Assembly: GCA_002633005.1 (NCBI GenBank)
Contig: NMRA01000133.1
Location: 834,376-898,375, forward strand
Source: Phoronis australis
Taxonomy: Eukaryota > Animalia > Phoronida
Length of the DNA stretch: 64,000 bases
Direction: 5' to 3'
Of this stretch, positions 37,651-50,680 are shown piece by piece. A program made the position numbers and the translations under genes. The notes under the pieces were generated by a model. It made no database searches. It saw only the letters and a list, made by a program, of their open reading frames with translations, and had not been told where the DNA came from. The first letter of the stretch is position 1, and the number at the start of each line of letters is the position of its first letter.

Positions 37651-39370
37651 TAATGTATATTTTCGACAGACAAAAATATTTATTTGGTTCTGAGCCTTTC
37701 TGTCAATTACTGACAAAAATTTGGAAAGTTCATTATTCATTTCAGAGAATTAGCATTAATGCCCATTTTGGTAAAGATTGGTGTGATTTGGCATATTTAC
37801 TGTCCGCCTTTTGTAAATTTTGGTTTCCTGTAGACAATCTGTTGCAATAATTTCATAGCCTTTGTTATGTTATGTGTTCAGTGATTACCTTATAGCCACA
37901 AACAGACTTCTGACTTGTAGCAGCCATTCTTTAGCAATTGCTCTTGCATTTCAACGGTACTCAGCAAAAATATTATTTATAATCTGTGGTAGCTCTTAAG
38001 TTTATGTGTAAGAACTGAAGACCTTCCAGAAATCTTGTGTCTGTCAAGCATAGATTGCAGCCTACAGAGTTATGAGGAAGATAACAGTGGGGTCAGAGTG
38101 CAGTGAACTAATAATAACTATAAAGAAACTAACACACTGTTGCTGCTTCCCTGTAGCCAAGAAAAACAAGATGGAATGTTAAACTTGACTGGAGCACAAA
38201 AAATACTTGAGTGTATTTGATTACAGGTTTGTGAATCAGGTATCACACTGTTTCATTGTCATCACCATTAAGATTCTTATTGCTGAAATATATTTATAAA
38301 AAGGGAAAGTTGTAAAATTTCCGTCACTGTGTGCTTAAAGTGGCTTTAATTGGCCCGCCTTAAATCCAGAAAAACAATATTTAGACTTTTTACCATTATG
38401 AAATAAAATGGAGATGATTTCAGAGCTTTGAAGGAAGTAACTGTTTGTTATTGCTTAAAATCAGGCTTTGCTAGTTCATTACAAAAACATCCTGTTTGGT
38501 TTCAATTCCAGGCAGCTGTTTCTAAATCCAGACTAGAATTTCTGATAAACGGGCCTTTTGAGGAAATCAGAACTTGTACATCTTATCTATTCGTAGAGAA
38601 GTGCAAACTGCCGTAATGGGCTGAGTTTCTAAACTGGCTTGTCATGACATGTCATTATATGCGTGGAGCGTAGTCTCAATGAAATCACTTCTCATATGAG
38701 TAAGGAAATGTCAATACCAAATTTAAAGCCGCAAGTGGTTTGAATAAAAAATTTGCTACTTGGGTGGACCTCAGACAGGGTGGACCATGAGATTATAACC
38801 CTTTTAAGTTGTCCAGTAGCAACTTGTTATGTAACAATATGAGACTCTATTTTTATACACAATGCTTTTACAGTGATTTTTAAGTACAATGGGGTGAGTG
38901 TTCTTTTCAAATATTATACAAATTGTTTGAACCTGTTCAACACTTGTCACTTAAATAAAATGAAATTTATTCATTCATATTAACTTATTTTCTGGAGTAG
39001 ATTGACTATGCTTTAGCGAACCAAGAAAAACGATTCAGTTCAGAGACCAAAATATCCAAAGGCATCTTCAACTAAATATGTTCACAAGTTCTTACTAGTT
39101 TACAACATGGCCAATAGGTGGGGCATGCAGTTAGGGCAATGGTCTGGCATCCAGCCTCTCTTAGTATTGGTGTCTGGTCAGCATATTTGTCATCTGGTTC
39201 ATGATTGGTCAATCAAAGATCAAGTCAATCCTGTATTTAAATCAGTTAAATATAAAAGGCATGCTTGCACAACCTTAACTGACATAACTTGAGTGATCAC
39301 CTTGTCCACTGCTCAGGAACTCCAGTCTGTGGTTTATGGTACAAACTTGCTTCCATTTTTGCATCTCTTA

Positions 39371-39790
39371 AGTCCCATTTAGACATCATCTTTTGGCCCG
39401 GCGCAACTGACACGGAGCAAATTGACCCGTGTCAAGCAGCCGTTTACACACACAACTCACTAACCGTGGCAAGACGGAAATTACAGGCTGGTGAGACTGG
39501 ATCGCACATGCGCAGGTTTACAAATGAGAGTTGCAGAGACAAAGAACCCGTACGTAGGTCATTGCACAAGTGCAGTAGAGATGATCCTTTCCGCCTTACT
39601 CCAGTTTCGCGTTTAGACTTATAATTGACACGGCGCAAGATGTTCGGGCGCAAATTACTCTACCTCACAAACGGGTGGCAAAAGTTTTCCACAGCGGTGT
39701 CAATTTGCACCGTGTCAATCCTTTTACACACTGGAACAACTTGTTCCGTGTCAGCTGATCCGTGTCAACTTTGTAAGCGTAAATGGCACT
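39371..39790. mobile_element. PIF/Harbinger-like MITE with internal TGACACGG / CCGTGTCA inverted motifs
   Basis: Ends AGTCCCATTTAGAC / GCGTAAATGGCACT, flanks TTA/ATA, multiple inverted ACACGG motifs, CpG-rich relative to flanks. Confidence 0.6.
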
Positions 39791-42503
39791 ATAAAGGTTA
39801 TCCAATTAACATCATTGAGCAACAATTGAATGCATAGTTGTCAAAGAAAAGTTACATGAAATGAGATAGATAGCTCTAGACAACTTTAAAGTTAAAATAT
39901 GCATACAAATCAGATCCTAAGCTAAGTATGGTAAAACAGTATATAACCAAATACCTGGTAATCTTGTTTTCGAGATATTCACTAGATTCTATAAATACTA
40001 GTAGAGGCCGTATGCAACAATATCAATATAATAAAACATCTTGAACATAATTTCATAAATGTTTTTGTATCAAGTGTACATAACAAAAAGATGATTTTCA
40101 GATTTTTTAAGATTTAAGGAAACGATCTGATAGAAAATTAAGATAATTTTTTATTTCCATGGGAGACTGCTTCATAGAATTACTAACAGTAATATTAAGT
40201 ATACATAGAAACTTGTACTGGTGTCTGCAAAATTTCTTTTTAAGTGGTAATTTTACTGTCCATGAATTTCAAATAGATATCAGCTTATCTGGCAGTCACC
40301 TAGGACTCTGGAAATCAATGGCCAATTCCAGATAACATCATTACCATCAATAGTCTCTGTATTGGCAGTTGCCATGATTAAACGGCCCTAAAATTTCGTT
40401 AGCCTGTAAAAATAAACACAGATTATTTGGATTGTGTTTGAATGCTTGTGAACTAAATAATTACTATTCATCTATTAAGGGCTCAAACTATTGTGCTTGT
40501 TCATATATGATTTAGTACTGTTCAACTGAATTGATTTTTCATTCTCCAGAAAGGGGGCTTGTGCCAAATTTCAGAGGCTATTCTTGGCAATCACTTGAGA
40601 TCAATGTAAACCATTGTTTGTATTTGTGTATTCCATGTTTGACTTTGGTTGATTGGACATTTTATGCTGATCCTTGATAAAACAAGGTTCACACCTGTGA
40701 AGGTTCCTAGTTCTCAGGATTTACCAGCATAGTGACAGGAAAACAGGATGATAGGGGCAACGTTTTATCGGTAACAACGTTTTTATACTAGAGATTTTGA
40801 ACTCTATTTGGACCAAGATGTCCTTTGGCATGTGGATGCAAGACCTGTCTGAGGACTTCACCCCAATGTGGCTGTAAGTTGAACATTCGCCATAGAGGCA
40901 CTATGATTGTCCTTGAAGAACACTCATTTGTAATTAATTATCCTTCTGATTTGTCCTTTGGTTATTATTCATTGACTTAGAATAGAACGATGGAGAAGTG
41001 GCACTTGGGGTGAGGCTTTTGTAGTGATTTCGATCGTTTTTGGCTGTGATTCGGAATTGTGGGCAAAAAATGACTTGTTTCGGAAGTCGAGATTTATTGG
41101 GACTGGTATCGAAACATAATTGACACCAAGAATTGAGGAAAAGGTCCACAAACCTTGGAAACATGGAATGGGTTTCCCTCCCCCCTTCTTTTGGTGATAT
41201 TTAGCATGCAGTTAACAGTTTGGTAAATTTTAAACACAAAATCTGTGAATCTGTTTTGTAAAGACTTTTCAAAATTCAAGAAGGGTAATGGCTGTAGCAA
41301 TCAATTTGTTTAACAGATTTTCAGATGAAAGTTTTTGAAATTAATTTGATGTTTTCTTCTGTGTACAGTAATTGTTTGTAGCAGAAGGCTTCAAAATTGG
41401 CCCTTGGATTGAGGTTGTTCTATAAAATAGACTTCTAGAAATGTACTGAGCTACTAAACAAAATTTTGGACTAATGGAAATACGAAATAACTGAAGCAGC
41501 TCTATATGTAGTTCAAGGAAATGAAACCATTTCAGAGATTAACGAACTTATATTGAGATCTATTTTACACAGCTGCGTTATGAAAAGCTCTCCAGTTGGT
41601 AACTGACTACAAGTTTCAGCACAGACACTATTGTTCACGTAACAAAGCACTGTTTTGGCAACACTTTGTTAGAATTGTTAATTCAAAAGCATGTCTACAT
41701 AGGTGTAAAAGGTTATGTTGACACAAGCCCACTTGATTGATTCAAAAGTAGATCGAGATCCCTGTGTTTTATGTAATATTTGTTGTTGGTAATGAAGTAG
41801 TCTCCGTCTCGTTTTGTTACCTTCAGTTTTGAAGTTGAAGCTTAATGAGAAATTATAATTCTAACAATGGTAAAGAGTCTTTTTTGCATACCATGAAACT
41901 GTTTCGCTACAGGATATAGTGTTTAGAAAGTCTCTACTGAATATTTTGTATTTTGTTGTATGTGTCAGTGATGAGTTTTCAATTTATTTAATAAGAGTGA
42001 AAGTGTTTACATACAAACATACAAGTGATGACCATACTGAGTTCTGAAGTGGTTGTGGGTATAGTATAATGCTGTCCTCAGATGAGGCTTCTCAATAACC
42101 AGTTTCATTTCCATGGATGTGTAACCAAGTTCTTGGCCATGTCTAGTGTAAACACGTTGCCTGTACATAAAGTGTGTTGAAAATGGTTGAATGGTGATTG
42201 ACTGTTCTTGTTGTTCAAATATTTACGTTGAAATTTAGGAACAGTCAAATATAGTTTCCGAATATTGGGCAATCATTCTGTACTACAACGTTTGTCATGT
42301 ACAGGTTTAAACTTATTTCTGTGGAAGGAACGGGTTCTCATGCAGCCAGAACTTATTTAAGGTAAACCAACTTATAATTATACCGGGTATTTACTGGGCA
42401 GTTGCCTTTCCATCATACTCATTTCGTCATTATATTGAAACGTCCTGCCATGGTTAAGCTCTGTGGCTTGTGACTGTCCTACATCTGATTTATATTTTTC
42501 CAG

Positions 42504-42714
42504 GAAACAGTCACGGATGGGGATGGAGTCCCGTGAGGCAGTGTACCAGAAAGCAATGGACTTGTTGACTGTACGGTGTACAAGTGTGCAGGGATCTAGT
42601 GTGGAGCCTCAGGACGAACCTTTGATCTGCGTCAATAACCCGCCATTTGGCATCAACTTGCCTAAATACTTCTATGTGCAACAAAACAGACCCTTGCCAA
42701 TGCCACCATTAAAG
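42504..42714 (+). CDS. Third coding exon of gene 2
   Basis: tttttccAG|G...AAG|GTATGA, 211 nt, phase 2-0. Encodes KQSRMGMESREAVYQKAMDLL...RPLPMPPLK. Confidence 0.8.
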
Positions 42715-43639
42715 GTATGAGTCATTGACAGAAGATTTCTAGAAGTGAATCGAAAGACATCTATGCATTATTTCTGAAATGTTTGCCACACTTGTCCAAT
42801 TGAAACTTTTGCAAGAAAGCTTGCTGCAAAAATTCTAGCTGTGACTGTATGGGCTCACTTTTCATGCACATTTCACACTTTCATTACTTTCAACAGAATT
42901 GTGCCATGTTAGTTTTGTTGTACGCATGCATACATTACTGGCTCCACAAATGTCAATGTCAGAACAAACTCCAACAGCACAGCTTAGCAAAAAAAACTCT
43001 CTTGTTGTAACAGTCTCAATAAGTATGAGCTAAGCTTAGTGTTATCGATCATTGCTCATTTTGCCTAAAGGCGTCAATATGAATTTTACCGTCACTAACT
43101 CAAATATGTTACTAAGTGACTAATAAGCATATTATCTGACAAAGTCATTAATTTTTGTTTGCAACTGAATGTTTTTTTCATGTATTAGGATTTTCGTTTG
43201 CTTGTATTTTTTGAAATTCATTCCCCTTAACTTTAAACCAAATGTTATTTATTTTAACTATTATTGCTTAGCAAAAAATTCATAAAGCGTTATAATTGTG
43301 ATTGTATATTTTTTGTTGAATACATCGAGAAAGCTAAAGATGAGAGTCCTTGAACGATAGTTTATTAGTGATGTCACGTGCTTGGCTTGTGGAGGGCGAC
43401 ATTCCACTTGATGGCATGCGTAATCACACCAAACTGGCAAGATACTAGGATTAGGATTGTTAAAAGTATTTTATTATTTCAAATGATCGAAAAATAAATG
43501 TCCATGTGTATAATATGTTAGAGCTACATTGGATAACTTTTAAAATGCTGGCAAATTTCAGAAACAAAAATTTGAATTTTAAAGATTCATTTGAATAATT
43601 ATGTACAGGTTGGTTATAGTTCATGTTTTGATATTTTAG

Positions 43640-44407
43640 GCATGGCGTGGTTACAATGGGAATGTTTACTTTGAGCCCATGCAAGTTAACCAGGTGAAAC
43701 GTTGTGTACCTGAACGGCAAACTCCTGACGTTGAAAGATGTAGTGATAAACTGAAGAAAATTCTTGAGCCTCGTGTTAAAGGTTCCGACTCTAGTCAGCA
43801 CCAGTCAACCCAACCAAGTACCCGTAGTGAGAAAACTAGCAAATCACGTCACAGTTCAGACTCTGGAAATGAGAGTGTCACACAAATGACTGTCAGTATT
43901 TCGGACAAGAAAGCCATACTGAACAGACTGAATCAAAAATTATTGCGAGAGGAGGAATACCAGCCAGAGGTGAAAGAGACCGTAGGTAGTCTCAAGGTGG
44001 ACTCAAATGCTGCAGGAATGAAGCAAAAATCAAATAAGGGGAAACCAACTTATCAGAAGGACAGGATTTGTAAAGGATCAGTTGCACACAAAGTGGCCTT
44101 GCAGAAAAAATCACAGCCGTATTTTTCCGTTAATGGTGGGAAATTCATGGCTCCATCAACAATGTCACCTTTGCTTCGAACGCAGACACAGTATTCCCAA
44201 AGCAGCCAAAGACTTGCGACAAACAGCCCAGATTTGTTCAATTCAGGGGCTTATGAAAAGTTTCCCCCACTGGATCAATTACGTGCTAGTTTGAGACACA
44301 TGGACAATACGCCCAATAAACGAATGGTTGTGGTTCCACCAAATATTGCCAAAGGACAGAATCAAAAGGCAAGACCAGCTTATGTGAAGTTCAGCCATGA
44401 TCGGTAG
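43640..44407 (+). CDS. Fourth (probably last) coding exon of gene 2
   Basis: attttAG|GCA phase 0 gives AWRGYNGNVYFEP running into the 242-aa S/K/Q-rich ORF 43679-44407. TAG at 44405-44407. AATAAA at ~45722, ~45814 and ~46013. Confidence 0.8.
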   Translation, partial: AWRGYNGNVYFEPMQVNQVKRCVPERQTPDVERCSDKLKKILEPRVKGSDSSQHQSTQPSTRSEKTSKSRHSSDSGNESVTQMTVSISDKKAILNRLNQKLLREEEYQPEVKETVGSLKVDSNAAGMKQKSNKGKPTYQKDRICKGSVAHKVALQKKSQPYFSVNGGKFMAPSTMSPLLRTQTQYSQSSQRLATNSPDLFNSGAYEKFPPLDQLRASLRHMDNTPNKRMVVVPPNIAKGQNQKARPAYVKFSHDR

Positions 44408-47400
44408 TCTTACTGGTGCCAGTTATACAGTGAAGAATATTTTTGGTGGTGACAAAATTTTGGCAATATTTTTAAATGGAACTGAAACAACTTGTGCTGC
44501 AAAATCTGTACTCTTTCATTTTTCAGGTGCAAGTGACCATTTTGCACTTGCACTTGGACAACTGAGAGGCTGTAATATTGAAGATTGTTTGTTTATTTGA
44601 CCATCTTTATTGTATGATCAGTGTTGTTGCCAAATTTAGATGTCTTAGTTCTGATAAGTGTTGGTGTTGTCTAGTGCTTGCTATCTCTACCACTGACAAC
44701 ACTATTCAATTAAACACAAGTGTTCCGGGGAAATAGATTTGCAATTGTTGACACAAAATAATGTTTTAGCTGTTAGCATTGTCATATGGGGAGTTACAGC
44801 TAGTGTTGTAGTGCTACTGATCCAAACAGTGCTATTGTTTGAAATTGGTTCGATTCTTTCTGCATGTTAGATCACCATGCGCGTCACGTCACGGTGCTTT
44901 CAGTTTGAAATCAAATATGCTTGGTTCTGTAGCAGACGCTTATCGTCCAGCAATGAAAACGTGGCATACAGTTGAGAACTTAAATCTGGCATATTTTGTT
45001 ATGTTGCAAAAGTACCATTTGGAAATGTCTTATGCCCTGGCTATCATTAGCCACATCCTGAAATCCATCTGCACTTTTGATATATCTACTCGCAGCACTT
45101 AAGTCGTCACTTTTAGTCTCGCTTTTGCAACATTGGATTTCATAATTTGCTTTACCGTAACTCTTTGTTTTTATGCGGATTTATTGATATTCGTCCTTCT
45201 GATGCCAGTCACAAGTAATTGCTGTTGAAAACTACAAGACAGTCACGATGAAGTTCACCAAGTTAAAAACGAACCTTACGGGTTCAAGATCATGTTGACT
45301 TCCACATCTCCCATACAACTAAGGATTCGCACTGCTCAAGCAGCACTGCAGTTATCCAGTATGTTTTCTTACCTCATAGTCCAGAAGAGCGTAGTTTGGA
45401 ATGCGACTGTTCGTACATAGAATGGAAATACACAAGCGTGACTGCATATATTGTTAGTCTGAGAATGCCTTACTGCATATGATTTTTGGTGCTATGCGTG
45501 TATATACATCTCAAATGTTGTTTCTCGTCACTTGTATCTGTTTTATTTTCTGGTTTTGTGTATCACGTTTTTGTACAGAGCACATCAAAAATTCTTTTAA
45601 CACATGCATTTCAAGTGCCTTATGGGAGACTTTTTGTCTTGGTATTAGTCTGTGTACAATGTCTGTAACCTAGATCATTGGCAGTAAGTAGTATCAGATT
45701 AGCGGGTGCAGTACTTTTCAAAATAAACTGGACAACGTCGAGCTTTGACAAAGTTTTGTTGCATATTCTGAGCAACAGAATTAGCTAAGAGCAATAATAA
45801 CAATAACAATAACAATAAAGTCAAATTCTGTTATTTGTAGTTTGATAACAATGATATTTTACTGTGACAAAATGTTGCATCTAATTACCAATTAATAATG
45901 GCATAAAGTGTGTTAGTGTTTGACAGTTTTATTGAGGTCTTTCCAGTTTATTTTTGAAAAATACTGTAATTTAAATCAATCGTTTATTTATGATGTGGAA
46001 ATTGTTTACAACAATAAAACAAAATAGTGGCATTCACTTTAAATAACATTGTAATAATTTATAGCCAAATAAATGTTGTAACAGTCTTTAGTTTTAGTTT
46101 AGAAATATTTAGTTCGTAACATACACAATGCAACACCAATCTCACTGCTCTCACACATACAAGGCAACACAACAATTACTTTCTCCATAGCACTTACTCG
46201 ATGGAAACCTACTCAAGGACACTGTAGACCAAATGGATTGATGATAGATTGTTGCAGTGAAGATAGTCACTGCTGTCGACTTCATTGATACTTAAAACCA
46301 GCACTGCCTGGTACTTGCGCAATGAGTGAGTGATCATTACCACGTTCTATGTGTCATAGACCCCTATAATACTTATTGACCAAACCAAAAACTGGAGGAT
46401 TATCGACTGAGTAGGTATGCTGGGCTGTTGTGACCCTTACCCTGGCCATGACAATGAAAATCATTTGTCCTTCAAAGGGTATTTCCTAATACAATTTACT
46501 ATTTCCAGTCTTAGGAAAATAAGTAATTATATAGGCACAGGGATATCCATTAATTTTGCCAGCAAAAGATCTTGAATCCCCAATTTTAAACAAGATGGCA
46601 TTCTGAACTACATGTAACAAATACACCATCTGCAATGTTCCATGAGATGCATCTAGGAGTACTTGGTATATGTAATTACATGCATTGATAGAGTGTACTG
46701 CGCAAGGCACTTAAAGGTCTATACCAGTCATGTACACTGAGAGAAATCATGGACAATGTGAAGAGTGAATCATGAAGTACTAAGAGCAAGGCATTCATTG
46801 GTCCATAGCAGACATGCCACAAAGTTCACTGCACATAAATCATATACGTGTGCACTGAAGACTCTTTCACGATTATCCTTATGCAAACCTACTCCAAGTG
46901 GTTTAAAATGCAAAAACAGCCAGTGTAGTATGACCATCAAGACCAAATCTTCAACAGCGTACCACAATCCTTTACAAAGCCTCCTATAATGACATTGAGA
47001 TATTTTACTCAATTGTCTAATCACTGAGCAAGACTCTTATGGCTTGGGCATCCTAAGTATGTTGCCATCTCGTAAACTATGAATGAACTGAAACACATTT
47101 TCAAGTTTTAATTGATGAATTAAATACTTTCATGATGACTTGGCCTCCCATCACACCTATTCAACAAGTTGGCGAATAGTTAATCATCAAGATTAAGACT
47201 GAGAGGTTACAAATAAACCACAGTGAATCATTGCAATCTTGCTGTTATTTCCCTAAGTTGACAATGGAATTAGATTTCCATCATGTAAGTATTACTGAAA
47301 CGGACATTACAACTTCAGAACATTATCTATCGACTTTCTACTGGTAAACAGTAAAAAGAGCTAAAATAATTGAACAACTTATCAAATTAGTGCTATGAAT

Positions 47401-47488
47401 ACATGCCAAAAGTATTTAAGACAAAATGACCCAAAATTCCTCGTCATGACGACTGGGCAGAAGACAAATTCACCGTCAGAGTAGTCGT

Positions 47489-47851
47489 CCATTCTGCAAT
47501 TAGAATTGTGTTGCTTTGATGGTTACTGCAAGCCATTCTGCAATTAGAATTTTGTTGCTTTGATGGTTACTGCAAGCCATTCTGCAATTAGAGTTTTGTT
47601 GCTTTGATGGTTACTGCAAGCCATTCTGCCATTCTGCAATTAGAATTTTGTTGCTTTGATGGTTACTGCAAGCCATTCTGCAATTAGAGTTATGTTGCTT
47701 TGATGGTTACTGCAAGCCATTCTGCAAATAGAATTTTGTTGCTTTGATGGTTACTGCAAGTCATTCTGCAAATAGAATTTTGTTGCTTTGATGGTTACTG
47801 CAAACCATTCTGCAATTAGAGTTATGTTGCTTTGATGGTTACTGCAAGCCA
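47489..47851. repeat. 43/44-bp minisatellite, ~8 copies
   Basis: CCATTCTGCAATTAGAATTTTGTTGCTTTGATGGTTACTGCAAG repeated. Confidence 0.96.
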
Positions 47852-48137
47852 CACTTTTAGTTAACAGAATTAGCTGTCAAGAGGAAAAAACATTATTTTG
47901 TTCGATTACTTTTGTCTTGCAGTGTACTCAAGTTAAATTTACTTGGTGTAAAATTTCCTTATAGCTCACAGTTTAACAAAGTGTCACAAATGTCAACTCA
48001 GTACTCTGCACGTGCAAATAGAACCAAGCCAGCTAGGATAGCTCCAGTTCATTATTCTGTTGAATTTGCCAAACTTGTTCAACATTTTTCAGTTTCCTGC
48101 TGAAGATTATTTGTTTTGGTGGAAAGTGTTCACAAGA

Positions 48138-48289
48138 CCTAGGTAGAGTTCAGTAGCATTAAGTACTCGCTAAAATCTCGCCAAAATCCCATGTTCTCAT
48201 TTAAAATACATGGCAATTACGGGCTATATCTCACGTAATCTCGCAGTCTTACTTTTAGCGGGTCCTAGCGTTACTGAATTCTACTCAGG
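48138..48289. mobile_element. Small MITE (~150 bp) with ~35-bp imperfect TIRs
   Basis: CCTAGGTAGAGTTCAGTAGC...CGCTAAAA versus TTTTAGCG...GTTACTGAATTCTACTCAGG. Confidence 0.6.
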
Positions 48290-48711
48290 CAGCCAAAATG
48301 CAAAACTAAAAATAACGGTTTAAATATAGACTTGTTGACAACGACCGTATAACACCCAGATAAAAAGAAAAACAAAGAATCGGGAAAATAAAAAGTAATA
48401 TTTAGGTAATAAAATTTCAATGTCAAAATTTAGAGTAGCAGGAATTTAGAACTAAATATCTGTGGTTAGAGCTGACCGAGTATGACCATTATGAACAAAA
48501 CAGAAAACAGTAAAACACAGTCACATTAATTTGGACTTTTAACCAAGTGGTTGAGTATTTTCAGTGACAATTCTTCAACAATGACTCTACTTGGTTGACC
48601 TCCACCAGGTCAATGAGCAAAGACATCTGTAAACAAGAAGTTGTCATCAACAACCAATCAGATGTCTAGGGTGGTTGACCAGGCAAAGTCGATAAAGTGC
48701 AACCAACAACG

Positions 48712-48933
48712 CATTATTTGTCCACCTTCTGGGACTTCACAAAAGCACTATTTATCTCCAGGGCCTACACTTAAGCATTATTTATCCATCCTCAGGGCTT
48801 TAAGTTAAGTCTTATTTATCCCTCCTCAGGGACGTCACATAACTGTTATTTATCCATCTTCAGGGCCTTCCCTCAAACATTTCCAATCTACTTTCAGGCC
48901 TTCACTAAAGTGTTATTTATCCATCTTTAGGGC
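48712..48933 (-). repeat. Degenerate ~34-bp tandem repeat, 7 copies; the first copy overlaps the ZNF330 C-terminus and stop codon
   Basis: Plus-strand TTATTTATCCATCYTCAGGG-type units at 48714, 48749, 48778, 48812, 48846, ~48879 (degenerate) and 48913. Confidence 0.85.
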
Positions 48934-49064
48934 ACTGACTTCCTCCCTCAGCTGTTCCATTTCCTCTTCATCCTCCTCTTCATACTCTGAGTCATCATCA
49001 TCGCCTGGATCATAATCATCATCGTCATCACTGTCAGAGTCGGCTCTTTCAACAACCCTCCCAC
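48913..49064 (-). CDS. ZNF330: Zinc finger protein 330 / NOA36, coding exon 8 (acidic tail, stop)
   Basis: tatttAG|GT phase 1. Encodes GRVVERADSDSDDDDDYDPGDDDDSEYEEEDEEEMEQLREEVSALKMDK*; an acidic tail is typical of NOA36. Confidence 0.88.
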
Positions 49065-50569
49065 CTAAATAATACAGAGAATAATGGCACACTCGGGTTC
49101 ATCACAATACTACACACACACCAGCAAAAAGGTTACTTAGGACCCTAAAATATGTCCATGAAATTTACCTCACTTAACACCAAGTTCGTAAACTTTGAAC
49201 AGGGTCACACAGTTTCTCGTGAACTCTCCCACCAAATTTGTGGGCGCCACCTAGCGCATTAGTTTCAGTGAATCTTTCCCACTTGCCTTGTTAGTAATGG
49301 CCGACCAAATTCAAATGAAACTTTCAAATACTATGCTTCTTGCGCTGTTCCCCAAAACATAGTAAGTGACTGTTTTTAAAATGCTTCACTAATATTATAA
49401 GGGAGAATCAAAATAAAACTTTTATGATTTTTATGAAAGCAAATAAAAATTTGCATATAACAAAAACAAAACGAGAATTTAGCAAACTGTAACAGTGTTT
49501 TTGAGATTCCATCTTGAACATTTAAATCAAACAAAATTTGGTCACCTTAAGCAGCCATTCTCTTTTAAGCACCTTTCTCTTTTTGCTAAATTCCACTAAA
49601 AAGGTCACATGGCCCAATCAAGGCAGATTGAAATACATTCTATAGGCCTATAGAATTTCCAATTTGCGAAAACAAATATTTTTACTGAGTTAAATTAATA
49701 GTTTTGTAGACATTTGGCTGAATGCACACAGTTATCAATAAGGTCCTACAGGACCATAACACTTGGGAGTCGCTGAGAGTTGTGCAATCAATAAGGCCCT
49801 CCCCTCAGGCAATCTATAAGAAACTGATTCAGTCTGAAGTTACCAAGGCAACACAAGTACACAGCGTTTATAGGAGAATTTATAGCCATAAGTATCGATT
49901 TATGAATTCAAACAGATTTAAAGATCATTTTCACATCTGTATGCATACATATTTGTATTCTATAACTTATTTCTCGTAAAATTCAGCAAAAAAGAAAGGT
50001 TCATTGATACCAAAACGATGGTACCAGAACACAACCAAATTTTATTTGAGATAAATGTTAACATGAATCCGTTACAGTTTTCTAAATTATCATTTTGTCT
50101 TTGTTTTAAGCAACTTTTTATTGTTTTTCAAGAAAATCATAATTCCCATTTCATAGAATCTCATGCAGAAGTGGAAAATTTAAAAACACAATTCCCAACA
50201 GCTTTTCAGGGAGCAGTGCAAAATGCATAGTAAATGAAAGTTTCACATTAATTCAATAGGCCATTTCTGAGATGTATTTGAATTTAACAAAATTTGGCCA
50301 TTTTTCTACGGCCCTAAACAACTTTAACTGGACTTTCCCAGTTATAAGCCACTGACAAGGAAACACACTCATTAAAAATATGGCAATTCCTTACAAAAGT
50401 AAATTTCAACTGCTTACATGAGATAAGATTTTTTTCCTCATGAAAGCATTTAAATTAACTAACTAGCACTGAATATTCAATTATTTCAAATCTATAAGCG
50501 TGACACTTGTCTTAAAAAATAACCTTTCTGTCAGTACCCAGGTGTCACTACTGTCCTGTATGCACATAC

Positions 50570-50680
50570 CTCCAAATGAGAAGGAGGCTGCACCACCTGA
50601 GAAGTACTCCCCGCCCTGGGAGGCGTACATACTTTCATACTGGCCATCATCTTCACCCCGGCCAAACTTGTACTTACGGG
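50570..50680 (-). CDS. ZNF330: ZNF330/NOA36 coding exon 7
   Basis: ttgcAG|CC...GGAG|GTATGT, 111 nt, phase 1-1. Encodes TRKYKFGRGEDDGQYESMYASQGGEYFSGGAASFSFG (cf. the conserved STR..KFGR). Confidence 0.88.

Noticed and set aside
46150-46360. Possible decayed SINE on the minus strand
   Set aside because: A/B boxes are too degenerate to support a call without a search.
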